A DNA stretch of 64,000 nucleotides, taken from assembly GCA_963836435.1 (NCBI GenBank), contig CAWIJI010000007.1, positions 109,052 through 173,051 of the forward strand, written 5' to 3'. The position numbers and the translations under genes were made by a program. The stretch's first letter is position 1. Every line of letters starts with the position of its first letter. Below the pieces are notes generated by a model that was not told the DNA's origin, ran no database searches, and was given only the letters and a program-made list of their open reading frames with translations. This DNA comes from an uncultured Acidobacteriota bacterium. GTDB taxonomy: Bacteria > Acidobacteriota > Terriglobia > 20CM-2-55-15. Shown one piece after another: positions 18,670-29,367 of the stretch.

Positions 18670-19611
18670 ATGAGCAGCTTAACGCCAAAAGAAGGTGGGA
18701 GTTATCAACCCCCGAGACCCTCTCCTAGCAGGACACCTCTCTGGATTCCCCTGGTATTGATTGTCGCAATCATCGCTATTGGGGTCATGGCCTACGGGCA
18801 ATATTCCGCCAATGTGTCCAAGGCAGCGCTCGAATCACGTGTCGCTTCCCTGGAATCCCAGCTTGCCCAGACGGTCCAGAACATGCAAAAGGAAGACACG
18901 TCTCTGGCCTCCGATATCGAGGTCGTGACCAAGCGCGTCGGCGTCACAGCCCAGGAATTGGCCTCTGCCCGGAAGTTCGCAGAAAAAGTCCGCGAAGATG
19001 CGGAACAGGCGAAGGCCCAGCTCGCGACTGAGCTCGCGACAAAAGCCAGCGCCAGCGAAGTTGCTGCCAACGTCGCCGCCGCCCGCGAGGAGGCTGCCAA
19101 CAAAGTTGCTGAAGTTCAGAAATCTGCCGACACGAAGATCAACGGTGTATCGGGTGAAGTGAAAGTTGTCGCCTCGAATCTGGAAGCGACAAATCGGGAT
19201 CTCGCCGAGAGTAAACGCGCACTCGTCGACGTCAAGAGCACTCTGAGCGATCAGATCGCCCGTAACGCCACCGAGCTCGCCACACTCAAACTCAAAGGTG
19301 AACGCAACTTTACGGAGTTTGAGCTCAAGAAGGCCAAAAAGAACGAAATGCAACGGGTTGGCGACATTCGCCTGGAACTGCGAGACACGGACACCAAGAA
19401 GCAGAAGTACAACATCATCATTCAGGTGGACGACAATAAACTCGAGAAAAAGGACAAATTGGCCAACGAACCGATCCAATTTCTTGTCGGCAAAGACAAG
19501 CTGCGCTATGAGATCGTCGTCAACAACGTCGAGAAAGATCGTATTACCGGGTACCTGAGCACGCCCAAAGACAAGGCTCTTTCGGCGGAACGACCGGTCA
19601 CGCGCGACTAG
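18670..19611 (+). CDS. Membrane-anchored coiled-coil hypothetical protein
   Basis: N-terminal TM helix, long Ala/Glu/Lys coiled coil, beta-rich C-terminal domain (GERNFTEFEL...NEPIQF...DRITGYLSTPK). Confidence 0.85.
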   Translation: MSSLTPKEGGSYQPPRPSPSRTPLWIPLVLIVAIIAIGVMAYGQYSANVSKAALESRVASLESQLAQTVQNMQKEDTSLASDIEVVTKRVGVTAQELASARKFAEKVREDAEQAKAQLATELATKASASEVAANVAAAREEAANKVAEVQKSADTKINGVSGEVKVVASNLEATNRDLAESKRALVDVKSTLSDQIARNATELATLKLKGERNFTEFELKKAKKNEMQRVGDIRLELRDTDTKKQKYNIIIQVDDNKLEKKDKLANEPIQFLVGKDKLRYEIVVNNVEKDRITGYLSTPKDKALSAERPVTRD

Positions 19612-19633
19612 TGACGCGTAACACCCGTATTAA

Positions 19634-20350
19634 GTGCCACCAGTGACGTCATCGCTCGCTGCGATCCTGGCCCTGGGCTTCATCCTTGGTCTGAAGCACG
19701 CCACAGACGCGGACCACGTGGTCGCCGTGACGACTTTCGTCAGCGAGCAGAAAAGCCTGGTTCGAAGTTGCTGGATCGGCGCCTTCTGGGGCGCCGGTCA
19801 CACGTTTTCTCTGGCCGTCGCCGGTCTCGCCGTCATTCTTCTGAAAATCCAAATTCCGGCGTGGCTGGAGACCCGGCTTGAGCTCGGCGTGGCTGTCATG
19901 CTGGTCGTTCTCGGCGCTCGAGTTCTGTACAAAACCTGGAATCAAGAACTCGAATTGCACCGCCATCTGCACGCCCACGCTCCCGGCGCAAGTCCCCACG
20001 TCCACTGGCACCTTCACAAGCGAGGGACGCTGCACGAACACAGGGGGTGGCTGCACGTCGGCCTGCGTCCTCTTCTGGTGGGAATGGTCCATGGAGCTGC
20101 AGGAAGCGGCGCACTGATGCTTCTCGTTCTCTCGACGATTCACTCTTCCCTGCAGGCAATACTCTACATCGTGGTTTTCGGAGTCGGCAGCATTGCCGGA
20201 ATGCTTGTAATCAGCATGCTCCTCGCTCTACCCATGCATTGGATCGGAACCCGTGTCGCCAGCAGCTATCGGCCGATTCAAATTTTCGCCGGTCTGTTCA
20301 GTTGTGTGTTTGGGTTGATTTTGGGGGTGGAAATCTGGCAGTCCTTCTGA
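19634..20350 (+). CDS. HoxN/HupN/NixA- or UreH-like nickel/cobalt transporter
   Basis: GLKHATDADHVVAV (HxxxxDH), His-rich loop, GMVHGAAGSGAL. Confidence 0.85.
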   Translation: MPPVTSSLAAILALGFILGLKHATDADHVVAVTTFVSEQKSLVRSCWIGAFWGAGHTFSLAVAGLAVILLKIQIPAWLETRLELGVAVMLVVLGARVLYKTWNQELELHRHLHAHAPGASPHVHWHLHKRGTLHEHRGWLHVGLRPLLVGMVHGAAGSGALMLLVLSTIHSSLQAILYIVVFGVGSIAGMLVISMLLALPMHWIGTRVASSYRPIQIFAGLFSCVFGLILGVEIWQSF

Positions 20351-20371
20351 GTGATCGGAGCAACGACCCGC

Positions 20372-20749
20372 TCAGAGCCCCAGGACCGCTCGATGACCGG
20401 TAAGAGCGGCCGCAACGATCCCCAGAGCGGCCAGCAACTCCAGCAATAGCCAGGACTGGGCGTAGACACCCGCATCTTCTCCGCGGGCCACGCGCGAGTA
20501 TCTCAACATCGCGAGGATCACGATGACGAAGGTGCTCGTGATCGCCGACCCTGCATGCACGGGCATTTGAGACATCTGTCCCCCCGACAACAGCAATCCC
20601 GTGAGAACCGCCAGGGCGCCGCCAACTGCAGCCCAGAACGTGAGGCGATATCCCGCTTCGTGATTCCCGTTGAGGTCACAAAACACGGCCGCAAGGATCA
20701 GAACCAGCGGAAAGTGAACGATCAGGAAGTGATAAGGAACGCCAAACAT
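20372..20749 (-). CDS. Small 4-TM membrane protein (DUF2231-like)
   Basis: HFLIVHFPLVL N-terminal motif, conserved His residues, C-terminal TGH. Confidence 0.65.
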   Translation of the reverse strand: MFGVPYHFLIVHFPLVLILAAVFCDLNGNHEAGYRLTFWAAVGGALAVLTGLLLSGGQMSQMPVHAGSAITSTFVIVILAMLRYSRVARGEDAGVYAQSWLLLELLAALGIVAAALTGHRAVLGL

Positions 20750-20754
20750 GGACG

Positions 20755-21341
20755 TCAGTCCGCCGGCGCTTCGAAGCAGAGCCGGCAACGTGCTTCGTAA
20801 GAGTCCGTCGCTCCGACCAGCACCCGGTCGGCGTTGTCCACGGTTCGCTGCGTCCGGTTCGCCGGCGCGCCGCATATGACGCAGATCGCCAGCGTCTTGG
20901 TGATGTATTCGGCAACAGAGAGCAACTGAGGCATCGGATCGAAAGGCCGGCCCCGGTAGTCCTGGTCGAGCCCCGCAACAATCACGCGCTTGCCCATGTC
21001 CGCAAGCTTGTTACTCACAGAAACGAGATCCACATCGAAAAACTGCCCTTCGTCGATCCCCACCACCTGGGTGCGGCTGTCGAGCAGCGTCAGGATGTCG
21101 GCCGCACAGTTCACCAACTGCGATTTCATTTTCATGTCGCTATGACTGACGATGTGATCGTCGCTGAACCGGTTATCGAGCCTCGGCTTTGAAGATCTGA
21201 ACCCGCTGTTTCGCAATCTGTGCACGCCGCAGCCGTCGTATCAGCTCCTCGCTCTTTCCGCTGAACATGCTGCCCGCAGATGACCTCGATCCAGCCGAGA
21301 TTCCGCGTTGATGGGCAGTTGTTCAGTCAGTCGTTCCACAT
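20755..21341 (-). CDS. tdk: Thymidine kinase, N-terminus frameshifted (probably sequencing errors)
   Basis: [36 protein letters not shown] reads across frames, then [22 protein letters not shown] and zinc ligands CVICG...RCRLC. Start is approximate. Confidence 0.9.
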
Positions 21342-21387
21342 AAAGAAAAAGGGTACGAAATTATAGCCCTTGTATAATGTTTCCGTA

Positions 21388-22618
21388 ATGGCGAGATTCC
21401 CCGCGGCGATGCATCCCTGTTCAGACGGAAGCGTTGTCTGATCGGCGGGGTCGCATCCCATCGCGTTCAGTCCATGACCAACACCGATACGGCGAGACGT
21501 GGCGCGACCGTATCGGGCAGATTCGAGGCGCTGGCTCTTGCCGGATCCGAACTGGTTCGCATCACGGTCAATCACACGAAGCTGCCGCGCCGTACCTGAA
21601 ATCGTCGGACGACTCCGATAGCCTCGGCGTGGATACCCGATCATCGGGGATTTTCATTACAACGGGCACATCCTCCTCGCGAAATATCCGGAGTGCGCGC
21701 GGGCCCTGGACAAGTACCGCATCAATCCCGGAAACGTCGGCATGGGCCGGCAACACGACGACAATTTCCGCGCGATCATCGAAATTGCCAACGAACACGA
21801 TAAAGCCGGTCCGGATCGGAGTCAACTGGGGATCCCTGGACCAGTCTCTGGTAACGCGCCTGATGGACGAAAACGCACTGGCATTCCAGCCGAAGGAGTC
21901 GCGCGGAGTGATGATGGAAGCGATGGTCCGTCAGCGCACTCGATTCGGCCGAATGGCGATAGTATGGAATGCCGGAGAATCGCATCATCCTCAGCGCGAA
22001 AGTGTCCGGCGTGCAGGATCTGATCGATGTGTATCGGGAGCTCGCGGCGGGGTCCCGGCTACTCGCTGCATCTCGGGCTGACTGAGGCCGGCATGGGACG
22101 CCGCGGCATCGTCTCCAGCACTGCTGCCCTTTCCGTTCTGCTGCAGGAAGGCATCGGGGACACGATTCGCGCGAGCCTTACGCCCGTCCCCGGCGGCGAC
22201 CGCACAGAGGAAGTGCGCACCTGCCAGGACGTGCTCCAAAGTCTCGCCATCCGGACTTTTTCTCCGCAGGTCACCGCCTGTCCCGGTTGCGGCCGAACCA
22301 CGAGTACGACGTTTCAGGAGATGGCGCGCGACATCAGAAGCCTATCTTGGCGACCGAATGGCGGCCTGGCGCGAAACCTACGCTGGTATCGAGAATCTGA
22401 AAGTCGCCGTCATGGGATGCGTCGTCAACGGGCCCGGCGAATCGAAACACGCGAACATAGGGATATCGCTTCCCGGAACCGGCGAGGATCCAAAAGCCCC
22501 TGTCTATGTGGACGGCCGTTTGATGACAACTCTTGAAGGGCGCCGCCATCGTCAGGAATTCATGAAGATTCTCGAAGACTACGTCAAGCAGCATTATGGA
22601 ACCCTTACCCGACAATGA
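21388..22618 (+). CDS. ispG: 4-hydroxy-3-methylbut-2-en-1-yl diphosphate synthase, multiply frameshifted
   Basis: Pieces read [82 protein letters not shown]. Confidence 0.92.
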
Positions 22619-24044
22619 CCAGGATATAACCGTGGAAGATCTCAATTTTAATCGGATCGTCTCGCAGCAGTTCGACCGCGCCGCGCAATATCTCCATGTC
22701 CAACCGGCGCTGCTCGCCCAGATCAAGGCGTGCAACAACCTCTACTATTTTCAGTTTCCCGTCAGGTTTAGCGACAACCACTGCGAAATCTTCGAAGGAT
22801 GGCGGGCGGAACACAGCCAGCATCAGAAGCCCTGTAAAGGCGGCATCCGCTACAGCGAACTCGTCAATGCCGACGAGATAATGGCGCTCGCCGCGTTGAT
22901 GACATACAAGTGCGCGCTTGTCGATGTCCCCTTCGGCGGTTCGAAGGGTGGAGTACGCTTCAATCCCAGGAAATATTCTGCCGAACAAATCGAGAAGATC
23001 ACCAGGCGCTACACCGCCGAATTGATTCGCAAGGACTTTATCGGGCCCGGGGAAAACGTTCCGGCCCCTGACGTCGGAACCGGAGAACGCGAAATGGCAT
23101 GGATCGCCGATACCTATGACGCCTTCAAGCAAGGCGGTATCGACAATCGTGCATGCGTAACAGGGAAACCCATTTCGCAAGGCGGCATCGCCGGCCGCCG
23201 CGAGGCGACCGGGCGCGGGGTCCAGTTCGGCATACGCGAGGCGCTACGGTTCAAAGAGGACTGCGAGAGGCTCGGGATGTCCGCGGGGCTCGATGGAAAG
23301 CGAGTCGCCGTCCAGGGCTTCGGCAACGTCGGCTATCACACGGCCCTGTTTCTTTCCCAGGAGGACGGCTGCCGCATCGTCGCTATCGGAGAGTGGGATG
23401 CCTGCGTCGTCAATCCCAGGGGTTTGGATATTACGGAACTGGATAACTATCGCAAAACCACCGGGTCCGTTCGCAACTTTCCGGGCGGCCAAACGCTGCC
23501 CAAAGATGCCTTCTGGGACACCGAATGCGACGTGATGATTCCGGCGGCCCTCGAGAATCAGATCACCCTGGAAAACTGCGGGCGAATCCGGGCGAAAGTG
23601 CTGGCCGAGGCGGCCAATGGGCCAACGACGCCGGGAGCGGAAGAGTACCTGCACCAGCGCGGAGTCATGATCATCCCAGACGTTTATCTGAATGCCGGAG
23701 GGGTAACCGTTTCCTATTTCGAATGGGGAAAGAACCTTTCACATATGCGATTCGGCCGCCTGCAAAAGCATCTCGACGAAATGCGCAACGCCCGGCTGGT
23801 CACATCGATTGAAAGTCTGATCGGAAAGGGATTCTCGGAAACCGATAGAAAGTTCCTGGCCCATGGCCCGGACGAAATCGACCTGGTGAATTCCGGGCTC
23901 GAAGAAACCATGGTCAGCGCTTATCGCGAAATCCGCGACATGCACCTCACCAAAGCACCCAAAGACAGCATGCGCACCGCCGCTTTCATCATCGCGATCG
24001 ATCGAGTTGCCACCGCCTACGAGCAATTGGGCATTTTCCCGTAG
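22596..24044 (+). CDS. gdhA: Glu/Leu/Phe/Val dehydrogenase (glutamate dehydrogenase)
   Basis: [65 protein letters not shown]. Confidence 0.93.
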   Translation: MEPLPDNDQDITVEDLNFNRIVSQQFDRAAQYLHVQPALLAQIKACNNLYYFQFPVRFSDNHCEIFEGWRAEHSQHQKPCKGGIRYSELVNADEIMALAALMTYKCALVDVPFGGSKGGVRFNPRKYSAEQIEKITRRYTAELIRKDFIGPGENVPAPDVGTGEREMAWIADTYDAFKQGGIDNRACVTGKPISQGGIAGRREATGRGVQFGIREALRFKEDCERLGMSAGLDGKRVAVQGFGNVGYHTALFLSQEDGCRIVAIGEWDACVVNPRGLDITELDNYRKTTGSVRNFPGGQTLPKDAFWDTECDVMIPAALENQITLENCGRIRAKVLAEAANGPTTPGAEEYLHQRGVMIIPDVYLNAGGVTVSYFEWGKNLSHMRFGRLQKHLDEMRNARLVTSIESLIGKGFSETDRKFLAHGPDEIDLVNSGLEETMVSAYREIRDMHLTKAPKDSMRTAAFIIAIDRVATAYEQLGIFP

Positions 24045-24106
24045 GGCGGTTCGCGACAACCGGCGACGGGACGCGAAACAGGGTGGTACGAGCGGGGATG
24101 ACTATG

Positions 24107-24532
24107 CTACTTGGCTAACGGTATCTGGTCCCGGGTGGTTTCGAATTTCGCGATATTCGACGTCCGTCCCGTCGTCGTGTCGACGACCCACACTTCGTGA
24201 GTCCCAATCTGCAACAGGAAACTCTCGATTTCGTGATTGAACTCGCCCTTTTCGTCGGTATACATCGGCAGCACATTGAACTCTGTGCCATTCGGTCTCT
24301 TTAAGTGAGACTCCACATCCGCATGGGGCGTAAATCCCGTACCGTGCATCTTGGTGATACCACCCTGCGGAACCCGAGCAAGCGAAAGCGTGATCTGCGG
24401 GCCCTGGGCGGCAGCAGCCGCGGGGGCAGTGGCCTGCGCGCCGGAGGTGGCGGACGCCGATTTTTCACCGCACGCCAGCAACAGAAAAGAAACTGCCAGA
24501 AGGGTTATAAGTGCGAAACGATTCTTATTCAT
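24107..24532 (-). CDS. Hypothetical lipoprotein
   Basis: Signal peptide with lipobox LLLAC, Ala-rich linker, small Ig-like beta domain (GTGFTP). Confidence 0.75.
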   Translation of the reverse strand: MNKNRFALITLLAVSFLLLACGEKSASATSGAQATAPAAAAAQGPQITLSLARVPQGGITKMHGTGFTPHADVESHLKRPNGTEFNVLPMYTDEKGEFNHEIESFLLQIGTHEVWVVDTTTGRTSNIAKFETTRDQIPLAK

Positions 24533-24551
24533 AGACTCTCTCTAAGAGAAC

Positions 24552-24673
24552 AGGGGTATTTCGTTAGAGCAATTCGGGGCCGTGCACCTCGAACCCCGAA
24601 TTCAATCCGTTAAGCCTGGCTGAATTCGGGGTTCGAGGTGCACGGCCCCGAATTGCTCTAACGAAATACCCCT
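24552..24673. repeat. REPIN-like element, copy 2 (perfect ~53-bp inverted arms)
   Basis: AGGGGTATTTCGTTAGAGCAATTCGGGGCCGTGCACCTCGAACCCCGAATTCA and its exact reverse complement at 24621-24673. Confidence 0.92.
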
Positions 24674-24691
24674 TTAGTTACTGACTCTTTC

Positions 24692-27025
24692 TTACGAAAT
24701 CCAGCTATACCCCTGCTTATTGATCGGGGTTGTCCGGATACGTACACCAGATGCAGCGAAGATCGCATTGGTAATCGCCGGGATAGACGGCGGCAATGAC
24801 GGTTCGCCCAATCCAGTGGTTGTATAGTTGGTCTTGAGGAATTTCACTTCGATCTTCGGTGGAACGTGTGCCATGCGAGTTGGAACGTAATCCGGGAAGT
24901 TCTTCTGCACGACTCGGCCCTTATCGATGGTGATTTCCCACGCCATGAGGTGGCTCATGCCTTCGATGAATCCGCCCTGAACCAGATTTTCTGATTGGGA
25001 AGCGTTCACGACCTGGCTGCCGATATCCACGGCGCACCATACGTTGTTGATCTTGATCTTCTTGTCGGCACCGACGGCGGCTTCAACCACGTACGCCACA
25101 TAACCACTGTGAGCGAATTGGAAAGCCACGCCTTTGCCGGTCCCTTTCGGAAGTCTCGAACGATTGTTCCAGTCGGACATATCGCGCACGGCGGTGAGGA
25201 CACCGCTCGCACGTTCCGCACTGAAGCCTCCAGGAGCACCACCTGGCACGGGGTTCGCGAGTAGATCAAGGCGATATTGCAATGGATCCTTTCCAGCAGC
25301 CACTGCGATTTCATCGATGATGGATTGCATCACGAACGAAATGCCGTTGGTGCTGGGAGCGCGCATTGCACCGGTCGGAATATCGAACGGCGCGATGGCC
25401 GTGGGCGCGACCTGGAAGTCGGCAACGAACCCCCTGGGGAATTCGCCGGCAGGAGCAACACCGGCGGCACTGGGGACAATGTCACGGAACGCAACCAGTT
25501 TTCCGGAACCGTCAACCGCAGCCTTGAAGTAGTGATAACCCGCCGGGCGATAGTCATCGTGACCCATATCGTCTTCGCGAGTCCACAGGAGCTTCACGGG
25601 AACGCTGGGCTGTCCGGCAGCAGCGCGCTCGTCGGCAACCACTCGAGCGATCTTCGAGACCTCATTGTCATATTCGCGATAGAGACGACGACCGAAACCG
25701 CCGCCGGCACGGACCAGGTGCATCGTCACGTCAGCGGATTGAATGCCCGCCGCGTTTCCTGGCTCGCCGGTCTGGGGAATCTGGCTCGGAGACCAGATCT
25801 CGAGCTTTCCATCCTTGAAGATCGCGGTGGAATTCATCGGCTCGAGCGGTGCATGGGATAGAAGCGGGAAATGATATTCCGCTTCGATCACCTTGCCGCC
25901 GGAGGACGCAGCTTTTGCGAATGCGGCATCGACATCGCCCAACGAAGTGACTGCCGGGCCACCACCGAAACCACCACCGCCGCCACGACCGCCGCGGCCA
26001 GCTCCCGCAGGAGCAGGGGGCGGCACTACAACGGGCATCACCGAGATTTCCTTCGCAGCCGCCATGTAGCCCGCGCTGGTCTGCGTTGCAACCGGACCTT
26101 CATTCCAAACAACCTTCAGCGACTTGCGCGCGTTTTGCGCGAGCCACCAGTTGTCGGCGACGATCGCGACGCCGGAATTCACGATTGGGGTCGGCGCGCC
26201 GGCAGCGGGACCGCCGCGCTGCGGGCCCTGGTTGAAAACCTGATCGACAATAAACGCATGCTTGATGCCGGGCAGCTTCTTGATGTCATCCAGATTCGCG
26301 CTCACGGCCTTACCACCGAAAACAGGGCACTTCTCAAAAACCGCATACAGCATGCCCGGAGGGTTCACGTCGATGCTGAACGACGGCTTCCCCATCACGA
26401 TCGCGGGGTTGTCGGGGCTGCCGATTCGAGTTCCCAGGATCTTGAAGTCCTTGGGATCCTTCATCGCTGCGTTGATGGCGGCGGCGTCGGGAGCCGGCAA
26501 CTTCGCTACAGCGGCTGCCAGTGACGCGTAGGTGGCGGTCCGATTGGACCGTGCATGTTTCACCGCTCCGGAACCCGTGGTGAGTTCGCTCGCGGGTACG
26601 CTCCATTGCGCCGCTGCCGCGGTAACCATCAACAAACGACCGGCAGCGCCAACCTGGCGCATCCGGGGATAGTGGGTGGGAGTCGCCGTACTGCCGCCTT
26701 CGATCTGTGAGGGATACTTCGCGTCGAGATCCGCCTGCTGGATCTTCACCTGCTTCCAATCCACATCGAACTCGTCGGCAACGATCATGGGCAAAGAGTG
26801 GCGAATGCCCTGTCCGGTCTCGGGGTTCTGCGCAATGATCGTGAAGGTGTTGTCCGGATGCACCATGATGTAATTGTCGACGGCTGGCGGAGCGGCCGGG
26901 CCGCCTCCACGTCCCTGCGAGAAAGCGCTGGGGACATACATACCGATCATCACGCCGCCACCGGCGAGCGCGCTGATCTGAAGGAAGGAACGACGATCCA
27001 GTTGTTTGGTGTTTATTTTCTTCAT
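24692..27025 (-). CDS. Xanthine dehydrogenase family molybdopterin-binding subunit (IorB-like), Tat-exported
   Basis: DRRSFLQ twin-arginine signal, ETGQG, EGGS, HAPLEPMN, GGGFGRR, WTREDD, MRAP, GLGEP. Start MKKINTK at 27025. Confidence 0.9.
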   Translation of the reverse strand: MKKINTKQLDRRSFLQISALAGGGVMIGMYVPSAFSQGRGGGPAAPPAVDNYIMVHPDNTFTIIAQNPETGQGIRHSLPMIVADEFDVDWKQVKIQQADLDAKYPSQIEGGSTATPTHYPRMRQVGAAGRLLMVTAAAAQWSVPASELTTGSGAVKHARSNRTATYASLAAAVAKLPAPDAAAINAAMKDPKDFKILGTRIGSPDNPAIVMGKPSFSIDVNPPGMLYAVFEKCPVFGGKAVSANLDDIKKLPGIKHAFIVDQVFNQGPQRGGPAAGAPTPIVNSGVAIVADNWWLAQNARKSLKVVWNEGPVATQTSAGYMAAAKEISVMPVVVPPPAPAGAGRGGRGGGGGFGGGPAVTSLGDVDAAFAKAASSGGKVIEAEYHFPLLSHAPLEPMNSTAIFKDGKLEIWSPSQIPQTGEPGNAAGIQSADVTMHLVRAGGGFGRRLYREYDNEVSKIARVVADERAAAGQPSVPVKLLWTREDDMGHDDYRPAGYHYFKAAVDGSGKLVAFRDIVPSAAGVAPAGEFPRGFVADFQVAPTAIAPFDIPTGAMRAPSTNGISFVMQSIIDEIAVAAGKDPLQYRLDLLANPVPGGAPGGFSAERASGVLTAVRDMSDWNNRSRLPKGTGKGVAFQFAHSGYVAYVVEAAVGADKKIKINNVWCAVDIGSQVVNASQSENLVQGGFIEGMSHLMAWEITIDKGRVVQKNFPDYVPTRMAHVPPKIEVKFLKTNYTTTGLGEPSLPPSIPAITNAIFAASGVRIRTTPINKQGYSWIS

Positions 27026-27030
27026 GATCG

Positions 27031-27504
27031 TTACGCCCTCCTCGTGCTGTTGCCAGCTGCAATATGGATCGCTTCGCGGATCCGCAGATAGGTCCCGCAG
27101 CGGCATACATTGCCCGTCATCGCTGCGCTGATCTGAGCATCGGTGGGTTTCGGGGTCTTCGCCAGAAGGGCGGCCGCCGACATCAGTTGCCCCGCCTGAC
27201 AATATCCGCACTGCGGCACGTCGATTTCCAGCCACGCCTTTTGCAACGGGTGCGACCCATCAGAGGACAATCCTTCGATTGTGGTCACCTTCTTTGATCC
27301 GACCGTGGAAATCTGGGTCTGGCAGGCGCGAAGAGCATTGCCGTCGATCTGTACGGTGCAGGCGCCACAGGCGCCGACGCCGCACCCGAATTTCGTGCCT
27401 TTCATATTGAGGGTGTCGCGCAGAACCCAGAGCAACGGCATATCTGCCGGTACGTCACCTGTCTGCACGTCCTTCCCGTTTACTGACAGTCTGTAATTGG
27501 GCAT
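27031..27504 (-). CDS. (2Fe-2S)-binding small subunit (IorA-like)
   Basis: [33 protein letters not shown]. Confidence 0.93.
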   Translation of the reverse strand: MPNYRLSVNGKDVQTGDVPADMPLLWVLRDTLNMKGTKFGCGVGACGACTVQIDGNALRACQTQISTVGSKKVTTIEGLSSDGSHPLQKAWLEIDVPQCGYCQAGQLMSAAALLAKTPKPTDAQISAAMTGNVCRCGTYLRIREAIHIAAGNSTRRA

Positions 27505-27705
27505 AGGTTTACCGTCCTTTTAATTTGGAGAACTGTGGGGCGCCCACGGGCGCAACTTGACCAGAATACGTTTCCATAGCTCGTTAGTGTCCGTAACCTT
27601 ATCGAAATCATAGCCGTGGATCAAGCCTAAGTTGTGTGATAGTTTGAGGCCCCGCAATCTTAAAATTTGTCCGGAATTAAACATTACCGTAATGGGAGGA
27701 CCACC

Positions 27706-29322
27706 ATGATAGGCAGCTTTGCTTTTCTTCTGCTGAGCGCCGCGGTCGCCACAACACCGTGTGAGAGTCTCGCGACGCTGAAAATCTCCGATGCGACTAT
27801 TACCAGCGCGACCGTTATTCCCGAGGGACCACCCCCGGCGCGCGGCGGTGGTGGACGAGGCGGCGGCCGCGGGCAGGCGCAACGGGGCGGTGCGGCAACG
27901 CCCCAGGCAGGGCAACGAGCCAGCAACATTCCAGCCCCTGCCCGCGGTGGTGCTCCGGCAGCGGGCGGCCAACGTGGGGCCGGTGCGGCAGCGGCGCCGC
28001 CGGCCAACATCCCGGCGCATTGCCGCGTCGTCATGGTCCTCAAACCAACTTCCGACTCCCTGATCAACATGGAACTCTGGCTGCCCACCCAAAACTGGAA
28101 CGGCAAATTCATGGGCGTCGGCAACGGCGGATTTGCCGGTTCCATTCAAGGGCTTGCCAACGACATGCCGCAGGCGCTTCGTCTCGGCTATGCCACGGCC
28201 GGAACCGATACCGGCCACCAGGACCCGGGTGGCGAATGGGCGATCGGCCACCCTGAGAAAATGATCGACTTCGGGTACCGCTCGACGCACGAGATGACCC
28301 TCAAGGCAAAACAAATCGTCAAGGCCTACTACGATCAGAACGCCAGGTACTCCTACTTCAAAGGTTGTTCCACCGGCGGACGCATGGCCATGATGGAGGC
28401 ACAACGGTATCCCGACGACTACGACGGCATCATCGCCGGATCGCTGGCCAACCGGCACATTCACATGTGGACTGCCGGCGTCGCTCGCAGCATTGACCTG
28501 GCACGCCATCCGGAAGGGGCCATCACCGCCGAACAGGCCACGCTCGTGAACAATATGGTCATGGGCAAGTGCGATGTCCTCAAGGAAGGCTTCCTCAACA
28601 ATCCGCAGCAGTGCAGCGTGGACTTCTCCACATTGAAGTGCCCGGCCGGGAAGGCCGACAACTCCTGCCTGACCGAACCGCAACTGAAAACTGTGGAGAC
28701 CTACTACGGCGGCGTGAAGAACTCGAAGGGAGAGTTGATCTTCTCCGGTCAGGCTCTCGGCAACCCGATCGGGGCTCAGCGGCCCCCTGCAAACGGGCCG
28801 GGCAGCACCTTCGACCTCGTTCGCATTGCGTACAACGACCCGAACTTTGACTGGCATAACTTCGATCTCGACCGGGATATGAAGTTCCTCGACGAGAAAA
28901 TTGGCTACGTGGATGCCGTGAATCCGGATTTGGGAAAATTCAAAAAGAGCGGCGGGAAACTGCTGATCACGCACGGATGGTCCGACACGACAATCACGCC
29001 GGAAACGACCGTCTGGTACTACGAATCCATTCTCGACAAGATGGGCAAGAATCAAAGCGACTGGATGCGGCTGTTCATGGCGCCGGGCATGGCCCATTGC
29101 GGCAACGGTCCTGGAGTGAATACCTTCGACTCCATCGGCGCTCTCGAGAACTGGGTGGAAAAAGGCATCGCTCCCGACACCATGATGGGAAAGAACAACG
29201 CCGGCACGCTGACGCGGCCACTGTGCCCTTATCCTCAGGCCGCGGAGTATAAAGGAAGCGGCGATTTGAAAGACGCCGCGAATTGGGCTTGCAAAGCGCC
29301 TGCAGCGGAAGGCAAAAAGTAG
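27706..29322 (+). CDS. Tannase/feruloyl esterase family alpha/beta hydrolase, paralog 1
   Basis: Signal peptide, WNGKFMGVGNGG, TDTGH, GCSTGGR nucleophile, HGWSD, PGMAHC, TRPLCPYP. Confidence 0.92.
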   Translation: MIGSFAFLLLSAAVATTPCESLATLKISDATITSATVIPEGPPPARGGGGRGGGRGQAQRGGAATPQAGQRASNIPAPARGGAPAAGGQRGAGAAAAPPANIPAHCRVVMVLKPTSDSLINMELWLPTQNWNGKFMGVGNGGFAGSIQGLANDMPQALRLGYATAGTDTGHQDPGGEWAIGHPEKMIDFGYRSTHEMTLKAKQIVKAYYDQNARYSYFKGCSTGGRMAMMEAQRYPDDYDGIIAGSLANRHIHMWTAGVARSIDLARHPEGAITAEQATLVNNMVMGKCDVLKEGFLNNPQQCSVDFSTLKCPAGKADNSCLTEPQLKTVETYYGGVKNSKGELIFSGQALGNPIGAQRPPANGPGSTFDLVRIAYNDPNFDWHNFDLDRDMKFLDEKIGYVDAVNPDLGKFKKSGGKLLITHGWSDTTITPETTVWYYESILDKMGKNQSDWMRLFMAPGMAHCGNGPGVNTFDSIGALENWVEKGIAPDTMMGKNNAGTLTRPLCPYPQAAEYKGSGDLKDAANWACKAPAAEGKK

Positions 29323-29342
29323 AGACGGCAAAAAGTAGAGAC
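29311..29342 (+). repeat. 16-bp tandem direct repeat at the junction of the two esterase paralogs
   Basis: GGCAAAAAGTAGAGAC x2, spanning the stop codon of paralog 1. Confidence 0.8.
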
Positions 29343-29367
29343 GAATGATAAACAGGAGGAGTCTTCA

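Noticed and set aside
27520-29331. 603-aa minus-strand ORF
   Set aside because: Antisense shadow of the tannase-family gene, with no recognisable motifs.
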